This document shows, one piece after another, positions 1 to 6,480 of a stretch of 56,537 nt of DNA. The position numbers and the translations under genes were made by a program. This stretch comes from an uncultured Candidatus Saccharibacteria bacterium (GTDB lineage: Bacteria > Patescibacteriota > Saccharimonadia > Saccharimonadales > EFPC-124), in the NCBI GenBank assembly GCA_964550035.1, contig CAZJVU010000007.1, forward strand, positions 1 through 56,537. Direction: 5' to 3'. Position 1 is the stretch's first letter. Every line of letters begins with the position of its first letter. The notes beneath the pieces were generated by a model that saw only the letters and a list, made by a program, of their open reading frames with translations, searched no databases and was not told where the DNA came from.

Positions 1-33
1 TCGTCGTGGGGGCTGCCAAAAGTCTTTTGTTTC

Positions 34-85
34 TTTTTTTTTTTTTTTTTGGTTTTTAATTTTTTTTTGGCTGGGCGGGGGGGGG
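34..85. repeat. Homopolymer-rich tract: T17 (34-50), T5, T9 (60-68), then G9 (77-85)
   Basis: Read directly. It lies at the window edge, just beyond the hairpin that follows minus-strand ORF 123-485, and reads as A-runs on that strand. Confidence 0.9.
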
Positions 86-118
86 CGACGGGCGACCACA
101 GAGGGCCGCCCGTCGCCC
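83..118 (-). terminator. GC-rich hairpin 4 nt 3' of the stop of ORF 123-485
   Basis: Perfect 12-bp stem GGGCGACGGGCG / CGCCCGTCGCCC with a 12-nt loop. No U-tail on the gene strand. Confidence 0.6.
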
Positions 119-122
119 ACGC

Positions 123-485
123 TCAGGCGGAGAGCCTTGACAGCGTCGACTCGTCGAAGCTGAGGATGGCGTCGACCACCAGCTCGACCGCGAACTCCAT
201 GTCCACTGGCTTGCCGCCGTGTTCCCACGGATCGTGGACTGCACGGTGAGTCGGCACCCTCGACAACCAGTCGGCGAGCCGTTCGACTGCGTGGCTCGTA
301 GACCCGACGCCCACCAGGATGAGCCTCAGGGTCTTGCGGCGTCGACCGGTGGCGTTGATGAAGGGTTTCTGGATCAGCTCTTCTCGCACGAGCGTTCGGA
401 GCAGTTCGCGACGGAACTGGTAGTTCCGCGGAACCGTGATCGTGATCGAACGCGTACTGGGGTTGTAGCGAAATGATCTGTTCAA
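123..485 (-). CDS. GC-rich hypothetical protein (120 aa, TTG start)
   Basis: The long minus ORF is trimmed to a TTG 7 nt after GGAGG. It is GC3-rich with no domain recognised. The stretch ILVGVGSTSHAV..DWLS weakly resembles the core of the 150-aa paralogue family. Confidence 0.45.
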   Translation of the reverse strand: MNRSFRYNPSTRSITITVPRNYQFRRELLRTLVREELIQKPFINATGRRRKTLRLILVGVGSTSHAVERLADWLSRVPTHRAVHDPWEHGGKPVDMEFAVELVVDAILSFDESTLSRLSA

Positions 486-528
486 GACTGATCCTCCTCG
501 AGGAAATGGCGCGGTTGAGGCAGTGGTA

Positions 529-557
529 AATTTATCATCTTTTCTGTATACTGTCAA
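529..557 (-). promoter_or_regulatory. Putative promoter TTGACA-17-TAAATT for ORF 123-485
   Basis: Hexamers read on the minus strand. It lies in the AT-richer flank next to the tlyA start. Confidence 0.4.
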
Positions 558-561
558 TGAA

Positions 562-1290
562 ATGACCAAGTTCCGACTCGACCAACTATTGGTGCAAAAA
601 CGCCTTGTGGATACACGCTCTCAGGCAGAGAGCTGGATTAAACTTGGTAAGGTTTTGGTCAATGGCAAGGTAAACCTCAAGCCTGGGTACTTTCTGTCTG
701 CAGACGCGAATGTTGAGCTAAAGGCAGAAGAGAAGTATGTATCGCGCGCCGGTCTCAAACTTGCTTCGGTTGCACGGCTGCTCCAGCTCGACTTTGCGGA
801 CGCGGTTGTGCTGGACGTCGGCTCGAGTACTGGCGGTTTTACGGACTATGCGCTGCAACACGGCGCGCGAAAGGTGATCGCTGTCGATGTTGGCACTGAC
901 CAGCTACATCAGTCGCTCCATGGCAACCCAAAGATCGAACTACACGAGCAGACCGACATCCGTGACATGGATGAGTTGAGCGATGCACCAGATATCGTCG
1001 TGATCGACGTGAGCTTTATAAGTCTGCGTGAGATTTTGCCGCACGTCGCAAAGCTCTGCACGCCACACACGCAGATCGCCGCCATGCTGAAGCCGCAGTT
1101 CGAAGCGGGGAACAGCGCCAAGCACAAAGGTGTGATCAAAAACGATTCGATGCGTCGCGATATCTTGCACGAGTTTGAATCGTGGGCTAAGAATTTGTTC
1201 GTTGTGGCCGACAAGCGCGATAGCGATGTGGCCGGAAGCAAGGGGAATCGTGAGCGGTTCTATCTATTGCGACCCTTGCTAAAGAAGTAG
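562..1290 (+). CDS. tlyA: TlyA-family rRNA 2'-O-methyltransferase (S4 domain + FtsJ-like MTase)
   Basis: S4-like N-terminus RLDQLLVQKRLVDTRSQAESWIKLGKVLVNG and SAM motif VLDVGSSTGGFTD. ATG 562 preferred over the in-frame upstream ATG 523. Confidence 0.9.
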   Translation: MTKFRLDQLLVQKRLVDTRSQAESWIKLGKVLVNGKVNLKPGYFLSADANVELKAEEKYVSRAGLKLASVARLLQLDFADAVVLDVGSSTGGFTDYALQHGARKVIAVDVGTDQLHQSLHGNPKIELHEQTDIRDMDELSDAPDIVVIDVSFISLREILPHVAKLCTPHTQIAAMLKPQFEAGNSAKHKGVIKNDSMRRDILHEFESWAKNLFVVADKRDSDVAGSKGNRERFYLLRPLLKK

Positions 1291-1305
1291 AATTTATGGT
1301 ATAAC
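1276..1305 (+). promoter_or_regulatory. Module promoter A: TTGCTA-18 nt-(TGG)TATAAC
   Basis: Same architecture as 2019-2048 and 3089-3118. The -35 element sits in the last tlyA codons. Confidence 0.5.
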
Positions 1306-1345
1306 CATCTTTGTTCCCCCCAAAAACCTCGAAGGGTGAAACTTA

Positions 1346-1810
1346 ATGGTATTCAAAAGAGGGCGTCGGTTGCCGGCGGTGCCGCCTGTCCCCGAAGCCA
1401 TCCAGGCTCGGCAAGATCAACAAGTACTCCAGGACGCGCAGAATCTTCTGGCGACGATCCACAGGGAGGTACTCCCTCGAATCAACCGACTGCTTGGGTC
1501 CGAGGGCTCCAACTCATACGACATCGGGTCGCTCAACATCATGGGATCCTCGTCGATGGGCGTGCGCATCTACAACACCACAGGCGCGCTAGGCTGGCTG
1601 TCTCCGCTGCTGGCTGCACTCCGTGGCCCGGCATACCGCGGCTACACCGTCACTGCCGCGGTGGAGTGGCGCGAGGGTGGTGGACGAGCGCCGAGATGGA
1701 GGTCGCTCCCGCTGAACGAGAGCGACCCATCCGTGTCGATCGTTGAAGCGAAGAAGCGGAACAATCAGCGATCGGTACGCGTGGCGGTGCGCATCAAGGT
1801 GCCTCGATAG
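1346..1810 (+). CDS. GC-rich paralogue A (154 aa), unknown family
   Basis: Aligns with ORFs 2085-2537 and 3155-3592: a basic N-terminus (KRGRR), IGSLNIMGSSSMGVRIY, GWLSPLLAALR, LNESDP, and VRVAVRIKV at the C-terminus. GC3-rich frame. Confidence 0.6.
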   Translation: MVFKRGRRLPAVPPVPEAIQARQDQQVLQDAQNLLATIHREVLPRINRLLGSEGSNSYDIGSLNIMGSSSMGVRIYNTTGALGWLSPLLAALRGPAYRGYTVTAAVEWREGGGRAPRWRSLPLNESDPSVSIVEAKKRNNQRSVRVAVRIKVPR

Positions 1811-1833
1811 CCCTCACAATCCCTCGCCGCGGC

Positions 1834-1905
1834 TTGGAAAGAGACAGAGAGCATGGACGGCGTGTCGACCTCGTCTGCGTACATGTGCGAGGCCACATTC
1901 GCTGA
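1834..1905 (+). pseudogene. Relic 3' end of a fourth family member (..LERDREHGRRVDLVCVHVRGHIR*)
   Basis: It is in a third frame, after the stop of paralogue A. The translation matches the family C-terminus (B: NVYACVRVRMRGHTL*). Its TGA sits 2 nt before the conserved hairpin, comparable to B (3 nt) and C (10 nt). Confidence 0.55.
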
Positions 1906-1907
1906 CG

Positions 1908-1968
1908 CCGGCTGGGGCGCCCGGGCTTTGCGGCCCAGGGCGCCCCACCGGCGAGAATTGAACTTATG
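1908..1968 (+). repeat. Conserved 3' module copy 1: bulged GC hairpin (1908-1951) + 8 nt + GAACTTATG
   Basis: CCGG-C-TGGGGCGCCCGGGC / GCCC-A-GGGCGCCCCA-CCGG. By hand count, 53 of 61 nt are identical to copy 2. Confidence 0.85.
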
Positions 1969-2018
1969 CAGTTAGGGCCAGAGTTGTACATCTCGAGAAG
2001 TTTGTCTTCGAGCGATTC

Positions 2019-2048
2019 TTGCGTCTATAGCACTAATTATGGTATAAC
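2019..2048 (+). promoter_or_regulatory. Module promoter B: TTGCGT-18 nt-(TGG)TATAAC
   Basis: Extended -10. The block 2013-2088 is identical to 3082-3157 at 58 of 76 ungapped positions (hand count). Confidence 0.55.
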
Positions 2049-2084
2049 AACTAAGTCCAAGGGAGACTCACGAAAGGTCTTTTG

Positions 2085-2537
2085 ATGTTGGGTCGAAAAA
2101 AGCGGGCAGCCAGTTCCGGTACTCGCGGACGAGCTTCACTGCTTCAGGCTCCGCTAGGGGAGGAAGACGCGAGAAACGCCAAGATCCTCAAGTGTGTCAA
2201 CAAGGCTCTCACTTCTGGGCAACCCCAGTCGTTCAGCGTGGGATCGATTTTGATCGAGGGGAGCTTCGGCGGGGCTCATGTCCGTGAACCTTCGGGCACG
2301 TACTACTGGGTTCCTTCGCTGATCCTGGCGCTTCGAGCCAAGCACTCCGACTGCGAGGTCCGGGGGTTTGCGCTGTGGGGCGACCCCAGAGTGAATCGAT
2401 TCGATCCCCAAAAGCGGCGCAGGTTGTACGTGGATCACTCGCTCGGTGACATCTTCGCGGATGCACGGAAGTCGGCAGGCCCTGGAGCGAACGTCTACGC
2501 CTGTGTGCGTGTGCGGATGAGAGGGCACACCCTCTGA
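2085..2537 (+). CDS. GC-rich paralogue B (150 aa), unknown family
   Basis: Basic N-terminus GRKKR, VGSILIEGSFGGAHV, WVPSLILALRA, and C-terminal VYACVRVRMRG. ATG 2085 preferred over TTG 2082. ACGAAAGGT leader. Confidence 0.55.
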   Translation: MLGRKKRAASSGTRGRASLLQAPLGEEDARNAKILKCVNKALTSGQPQSFSVGSILIEGSFGGAHVREPSGTYYWVPSLILALRAKHSDCEVRGFALWGDPRVNRFDPQKRRRLYVDHSLGDIFADARKSAGPGANVYACVRVRMRGHTL

Positions 2538-2540
2538 TAT

Positions 2541-2600
2541 CGGCTGGGGCGCTCGGGCTTGTCGGCCCAGGGCGCCCCACCGGCAAAAAATGAATTTATG
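2541..2600 (+). repeat. Conserved 3' module copy 2: bulged GC hairpin (2541-2583) + 8 nt + GAATTTATG
   Basis: Nearly identical to copy 1. The stop codon of the convergent NUDIX gene lies inside the GAATTTATG motif. Confidence 0.85.
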
Positions 2601-3051
2601 TAATGATCTGACTGTATTCGTAGATGCGGCATTCGGCATTGATTGTCGAATTTTTGAATTGTCCGGGATCCATAAAGGCAATTTCGTCGCCATCTTCACC
2701 AGCACTAAATTCCATACGCGTGGGGCGTACGGCAAAGATGAGTCGCAGCTGCCAAAAGTTGTGCGCCTCGAGAAGCTTCGGCTCGTCAACGGCTATCACT
2801 TTGTATGTGAAGTCACCCTCGAGGTTGACTTCTTCTTTCATCTCACGGGCAATTGCTCGATGCAAGTTTTCGCCATGGTCCATGCCGCCACCTGGCAGGT
2901 CCCACCAGTCACGGCCTGTTTCTTTGACGACTAGCACATTTCCGGCTTTGTCTGTAATGAGGCATTTGAGCGAAACGCGGAACAGATAGTCGGTCCTTCT
3001 GAGCGATGGGGCATCGTGCGAGACGACACCGTGAGGGTTTTGTGCTTGCAT
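2596..3051 (-). CDS. NUDIX hydrolase
   Basis: Nudix box GGGMDHGENLHRAIAREMKEEVNL. Backbone-like GC. A TATAAT (3059-3064, minus) ends 7 nt before the ATG, which suggests a leaderless mRNA. Confidence 0.85.
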   Translation of the reverse strand: MQAQNPHGVVSHDAPSLRRTDYLFRVSLKCLITDKAGNVLVVKETGRDWWDLPGGGMDHGENLHRAIAREMKEEVNLEGDFTYKVIAVDEPKLLEAHNFWQLRLIFAVRPTRMEFSAGEDGDEIAFMDPGQFKNSTINAECRIYEYSQIIT

Positions 3052-3088
3052 AGAAGCTATTATACCCGATTACATCAGGGTGCGATCC

Positions 3089-3118
3089 TTGCATCTACAG
3101 CAGCAATCATGATATAAC
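3089..3118 (+). promoter_or_regulatory. Module promoter C: TTGCAT-18 nt-(TGA)TATAAC
   Basis: Same spacing and extended -10 as modules A and B. Confidence 0.55.
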
Positions 3119-3154
3119 AGCTGAGTCTCATCGACACTTACGAAAGGTAGCTTG

Positions 3155-3592
3155 ATGTCCGGTAAGAGAAGGCGATGCACGGGTCCTGCGGCCATGCAGC
3201 GCCAGCGGGATGCGCTCCAACGCAATCGACGGGAGCGGAACGAGCAGATCCTGAGGCGCATCCGCACAGTCTTGAACTCCGCGGGCTTTCGAGTATTCCG
3301 CGTGGGTGCGGTCTCGATTGTCGGCGGCAGCCATGGCGCTCAGATCTACGAAGTCATGGGTTCGGTCGACTGGGTAAGCCCGCTGCTGACGTCGCTCCGA
3401 GAAGAGTATCGCGACCGCAAGGTTACAGCGTGCGTGCAGTGGCGGGCTCGTCATGTCGGCAGTCTGGAGGCTCCGCAGCAGCGACCACTCGACGAGAGCG
3501 ATCCCCTGAAGTCCCTCATGGCGGTACGGGAAGAAGTAGGAACGAACGGCAACGTGGCCATCTACATCTGCGTACGCGTGAGCAAGAAATGA
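3155..3592 (+). CDS. GC-rich paralogue C (145 aa), unknown family
   Basis: Basic N-terminus GKRRR, VGAVSIVGGSHGAQIY, DWVSPLLTSLR, LDESDP, and C-terminal IYICVRVSKK. ATG 3155 preferred over TTG 3152. Confidence 0.6.
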   Translation: MSGKRRRCTGPAAMQRQRDALQRNRRERNEQILRRIRTVLNSAGFRVFRVGAVSIVGGSHGAQIYEVMGSVDWVSPLLTSLREEYRDRKVTACVQWRARHVGSLEAPQQRPLDESDPLKSLMAVREEVGTNGNVAIYICVRVSKK

Positions 3593-3602
3593 CTTCGTAA
3601 CG

Positions 3603-3659
3603 CCGGTGGGCGCCCGGGCCGACGAGCCCGAGGTGCCCACCGGTTACATTAGAACTTAT
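3603..3659 (+). repeat. Conserved 3' module copy 3: bulged GC hairpin (3603-3643) + 8 nt + GAACTTAT
   Basis: CCGGTGGGCGCCCGGGC / GCCCG-A-GGTGCCCACCGG. Each arm is one nt shorter than in copies 1 and 2 (a compensatory change), and the unpaired A is kept. Confidence 0.8.
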
Positions 3660-3675
3660 TTTTGCTTGAATTTCT

Positions 3676-4569
3676 CTAGAATAAGCTAACTTGGTGCGGC
3701 CCGGCGTCATTTTTCTCGACGCTGTAGTTGAGCGTACACGTGTATCCGGTAAGTTTGCTGAGGGGTAGGGCGTACTGCAGGCCGTCTTGCTCGTTGATCA
3801 TAACCGAGCCGACCATGCCGAGGCAACTTCCCGAGATGGTATTGTTCTTACCAATATCCACAAGGTCCTGTGGATGAAGTGGATTGTCGCCAAGGAAGTA
3901 CGAGTCGAGGTGCAGTGGTTCGGCGTCGTCTGGGGCGATGCCCACTTCTTTGATGAGTCGTTCGCGAGTTGCACGAAGTTCATCAGCGCCGACCTTAGGA
4001 TCGTATGGTCGCTTGAGGTACTGATACTTGTGGCGGAGCTGCAACGTCTCGGCAATACCGGGGAGTTTCGCAGTCTTGGCTTCGTATTGGCGAGCAATAT
4101 CGGCATTGGGGTAGGTCTTGATGATAACTGCACTACGTGCGCCTTGGTCGAGCAGGCGCCGAATGCCACGTCCGGCCCAACTTATCCCCACTTTAACCAC
4201 ACCCGGTGCAAAATGGGCGAGATAGAGGATGTGCGGTTGGGCGTTGAAGGCCTGTTGCTGCTCGGAAACTGAGGCGGCGTTGTAGAACGCTGGGTTGAAT
4301 CCGGTTTTTTGTTGGCAGTGACGGCATTGGTCGTATTGGTCGGGGAGTGTTGCCGCATCAGGACAGGGGAAGCTCTCTGCGGTTGCAAGATCGTGCCAGC
4401 CGCCACAGTAGCGTGTGGTCGTATCAAAGCTAAGCGTGAATGCTTGATTGCGCGGTTCGAAGTGGGTGAACGCTTCGCCATCTTTCGGTAGCAAACTCAA
4501 CTGTGGCTGATGGTCGGGCCCATAGCCGTAGTGAACAAATAGATAGTTTCCCTCGGGCAGCTTTGTCAC
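3676..4569 (-). CDS. Conserved hypothetical Cys-rich protein (possibly DUF2797-like)
   Basis: 297-aa ORF with a Cys cluster (YCGGWHD..FPCPD..CRHCQ). The family name is from memory only. Confidence 0.55.
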   Translation of the reverse strand: MTKLPEGNYLFVHYGYGPDHQPQLSLLPKDGEAFTHFEPRNQAFTLSFDTTTRYCGGWHDLATAESFPCPDAATLPDQYDQCRHCQQKTGFNPAFYNAASVSEQQQAFNAQPHILYLAHFAPGVVKVGISWAGRGIRRLLDQGARSAVIIKTYPNADIARQYEAKTAKLPGIAETLQLRHKYQYLKRPYDPKVGADELRATRERLIKEVGIAPDDAEPLHLDSYFLGDNPLHPQDLVDIGKNNTISGSCLGMVGSVMINEQDGLQYALPLSKLTGYTCTLNYSVEKNDAGPHQVSLF

Positions 4570-4577
4570 AAAAAGTA

Positions 4578-5651
4578 TTATACGTTAAACCGGAACTCGA
4601 CAACATCGTCAGGCTGCATAATGTAGTCTTTGCCTTCAGTGCGCATCTTGCCTGCCGCTTTCGCTGCAGCTTCTGAGCCAGCAGCGATGAGGTCGGAGTA
4701 GCTGACAATCTGCGCGGCAATGAATCCGCGCTCGAAATCACCGTGGATAACGCCGGCGGCCTGCGGAGCGGTTGCACCTTTCTTGATTGTCCAGGCGCGA
4801 ACCTCTTGTACCCCTGCTGTGAGGTAGCTTTGCAACCCCAAGATGTCGTATGCAGCGTGAATCAGCTGCTGGAGACCGGACTCACTCTGACCATATGTCT
4901 CGAGAAGCTCCTTGGCCTCGGCGGGGTCAAGTGACTGCAGTTCATGCTCGAGCTGGGCATTCACGAAAAGCGCCTGCGACGGCGCAACGAGGTCGGCCAG
5001 CTCTTTCTTCCGCACGTCATTGCTCAGATCGGCTTCGTCGACGTTGAACACGTATATAAATGGTTTGGCGGTGAGGAGGTGGAGATCTTTGAGGTGCTCG
5101 GTATTAACGTCAGTGGCGCTGATGAGTTTACCTTCGTTGAGGTAGGTGAGTGCTTTCTCGAGCTCTGCTACGACCGGGCGTAGCTTGGCGTCGGCTTTGG
5201 CTTGTTTCTGGACAGCGCCGATACGCTTCTCGAGGGTTTGAATATCAGCCAGGATTAGCTCGGTATTGATGATCTCGATGTCGTCCTTCGGTTCAACGCG
5301 ATTGGCGACATGCAGAATGTCGTCGTTGTGGAACGCACGGACCACCTGTGCAATAGCATTGCACTCGCGGATGTTCGCGAGGAACTGGTTGCCGAGCCCT
5401 TCACCTTTGCTAGCGCCAGCTACCAGGCCAGCGATGTCGACGAAGGTTACCGTCGCGGGAACAACTTTTTTGCTCGAATATAGCTCGGCCAATCTTTGAA
5501 GCCGCGCATCGGGTACAGGAACGATGCCAGTGTTCGGCTCAATAGTAGCGAACGGGTAATTGGCTGCAAGAATATCGCTGTTGGTTAACGCGTTGAATAG
5601 GGTAGATTTGCCGACGTTGGGGAGGCCGACGATGCCAATAGATAAACTCAT
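4578..5651 (-). CDS. ychF: Ribosome-binding ATPase YchF
   Basis: G1 motif GIVGLPNVGKSTLFNAL and YchF C-terminal domain RAWTIKKGATAPQAAGVIHGDFERGFI. ATG 5651 chosen (MSLSIGIVG); the 67-codon upstream extension is rejected. Confidence 0.93.
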   Translation of the reverse strand: MSLSIGIVGLPNVGKSTLFNALTNSDILAANYPFATIEPNTGIVPVPDARLQRLAELYSSKKVVPATVTFVDIAGLVAGASKGEGLGNQFLANIRECNAIAQVVRAFHNDDILHVANRVEPKDDIEIINTELILADIQTLEKRIGAVQKQAKADAKLRPVVAELEKALTYLNEGKLISATDVNTEHLKDLHLLTAKPFIYVFNVDEADLSNDVRKKELADLVAPSQALFVNAQLEHELQSLDPAEAKELLETYGQSESGLQQLIHAAYDILGLQSYLTAGVQEVRAWTIKKGATAPQAAGVIHGDFERGFIAAQIVSYSDLIAAGSEAAAKAAGKMRTEGKDYIMQPDDVVEFRFNV

Positions 5652-5687
5652 AAAGTAACTATAACAATAACAGGGGTAAATGAGAAG

Positions 5688-5710
5688 CGCCCCACTCGGT
5701 GAGCGGGGCG
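5688..5710 (-). terminator. GC hairpin after the 208-aa gene, apex CTCGGTGAG
   Basis: CGCCCC..GGGGCG stem with an inner CTC/GAG pairing. It sits between the 208-aa stop (5723) and the ychF start. Confidence 0.55.
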
Positions 5711-5722
5711 GTGGATCGCCTC

Positions 5723-6349
5723 TCAGCTGACTTTCGTCACGGCTTCCATCATCACGGTGGTGATGTCGATGCCGGCGTCGTCGCACAGCTTGATGATCTT
5801 TTCCATGCTGCAAGGGCAAGGCCTTGTGAAGCGCTCGCAGTTGCCATCGCATTGGGGCAGCTCGTTGCGCTCGCGTCGCGAGAGGGTGGCGAGTGCGCTG
5901 AGGAGCTGTTCGTAGTGAGTGTGCAGCTTCTGCTTGAGCCGCGCTTCTTCTACGCGCTTTCTCTCGTTATGCGCTGCCAGCTCACGTGCTTCCTGGATTT
6001 CGGCCGGTGTTGCCACCTCCAGCTCTTTGACAGTGAAGGCGCTGTCGCGCTCCTTTTTGATGCAGAAGATTCGAAGCCCAGGAACGAGCTCCTCCAGCGT
6101 TTCCGCCAGCGTGATCTCGGTTGAGCCGGCGGGCATGACGCCGACGTAGTAGATGTCTGGGCACCCAACGGCATACTTCGTGAGCATGGTTGAAACGGAG
6201 CGAGCCATCAACTGGTACGCGGGCGGTATCATGCCGTCGATGTCACGGACGGTAGGGGCTGTGCCGTTGAAGCGCAGCTCCAAATCCTCCCAAGTATCCA
6301 GGTTGGCTATCGTTTTCACGATAGTTTTTGCGTGTCGGCCAACGGACAT
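5723..6349 (-). CDS. GC-rich hypothetical protein (208 aa)
   Basis: Long GC3-rich ORF with RBS GGAG in AAAGGAGACTCA-ATG. It has a coiled-coil-like middle and a C-terminal Cys cluster (CDGNCERFTRPCPC). No domain recognised. Confidence 0.55.
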   Translation of the reverse strand: MSVGRHAKTIVKTIANLDTWEDLELRFNGTAPTVRDIDGMIPPAYQLMARSVSTMLTKYAVGCPDIYYVGVMPAGSTEITLAETLEELVPGLRIFCIKKERDSAFTVKELEVATPAEIQEARELAAHNERKRVEEARLKQKLHTHYEQLLSALATLSRRERNELPQCDGNCERFTRPCPCSMEKIIKLCDDAGIDITTVMMEAVTKVS

Positions 6350-6390
6350 TGAGTCTCCTTTGGTGGTGACGACGAGGTAATCCGCTTTAT

Positions 6391-6419
6391 ATTATATAAT
6401 GATATTATTAAGTACGCAA
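6391..6419 (-). promoter_or_regulatory. Putative promoter TTGCGT-17-TATAAT for the 208-aa gene
   Basis: Read on the minus strand. It shares the TTGCGT -35 element and the leader 13-mer CAARGGAGACTCA with module B. Confidence 0.5.
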
Positions 6420-6468
6420 TATAATTCTGCGCGTTTACAGATTGGGCAGAGCATTTTGGCTCGAAGGG

Positions 6469-6474
6469 TATAAT
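6469..6474 (+). promoter_or_regulatory. TATAAT box 6 nt upstream of ATG 6481 (candidate leaderless transcript)
   Basis: GGGTATAATAGAGATATG read directly. Confidence 0.35.
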
Positions 6475-6480
6475 AGAGAT

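Noticed and set aside
49-476. Plus-strand ORFs 49-249 and 219-476 (and the upstream part of the minus ORF to 569)
   Set aside because: These are shadow ORFs in GC-rich DNA. The minus frame has an RBS, a TTG start, a promoter and a terminator. The extension to 569 would overlap tlyA.
1908-3643. Calling the three ORF+hairpin units a classical integron cassette array with attC sites
   Set aside because: There is no intI-type integrase in the window. The hairpins are not flanked in all copies by RYYYAAC/GTTRRRY core sites (only locus A has a GTTAGGG-like string). Each unit carries its own promoter, and a native-looking NUDIX gene interrupts the series. The resemblance (bulged hairpin, fixed-distance motif) is kept only as a hypothesis.
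1336-3710. Overlapping alternative-frame ORFs (1336-1746, 1743-1961, 1794-1991, 2154-2789, 2233-2586, 2590-2934, 2624-2989, 3070-3267, 3128-3640, 3175-3600, 3516-3710)
   Set aside because: These are frames opened by high GC or antisense to better-supported genes. Only the frames that are homologous among the three paralogues, and the Nudix-box frame, are kept.
5652-5852. N-terminal 67-codon extension of the ychF ORF
   Set aside because: The extension is Arg/His-rich junk that overlaps the terminator and 3' end of the 208-aa gene. YchF homology starts at MSLSIGIVG.
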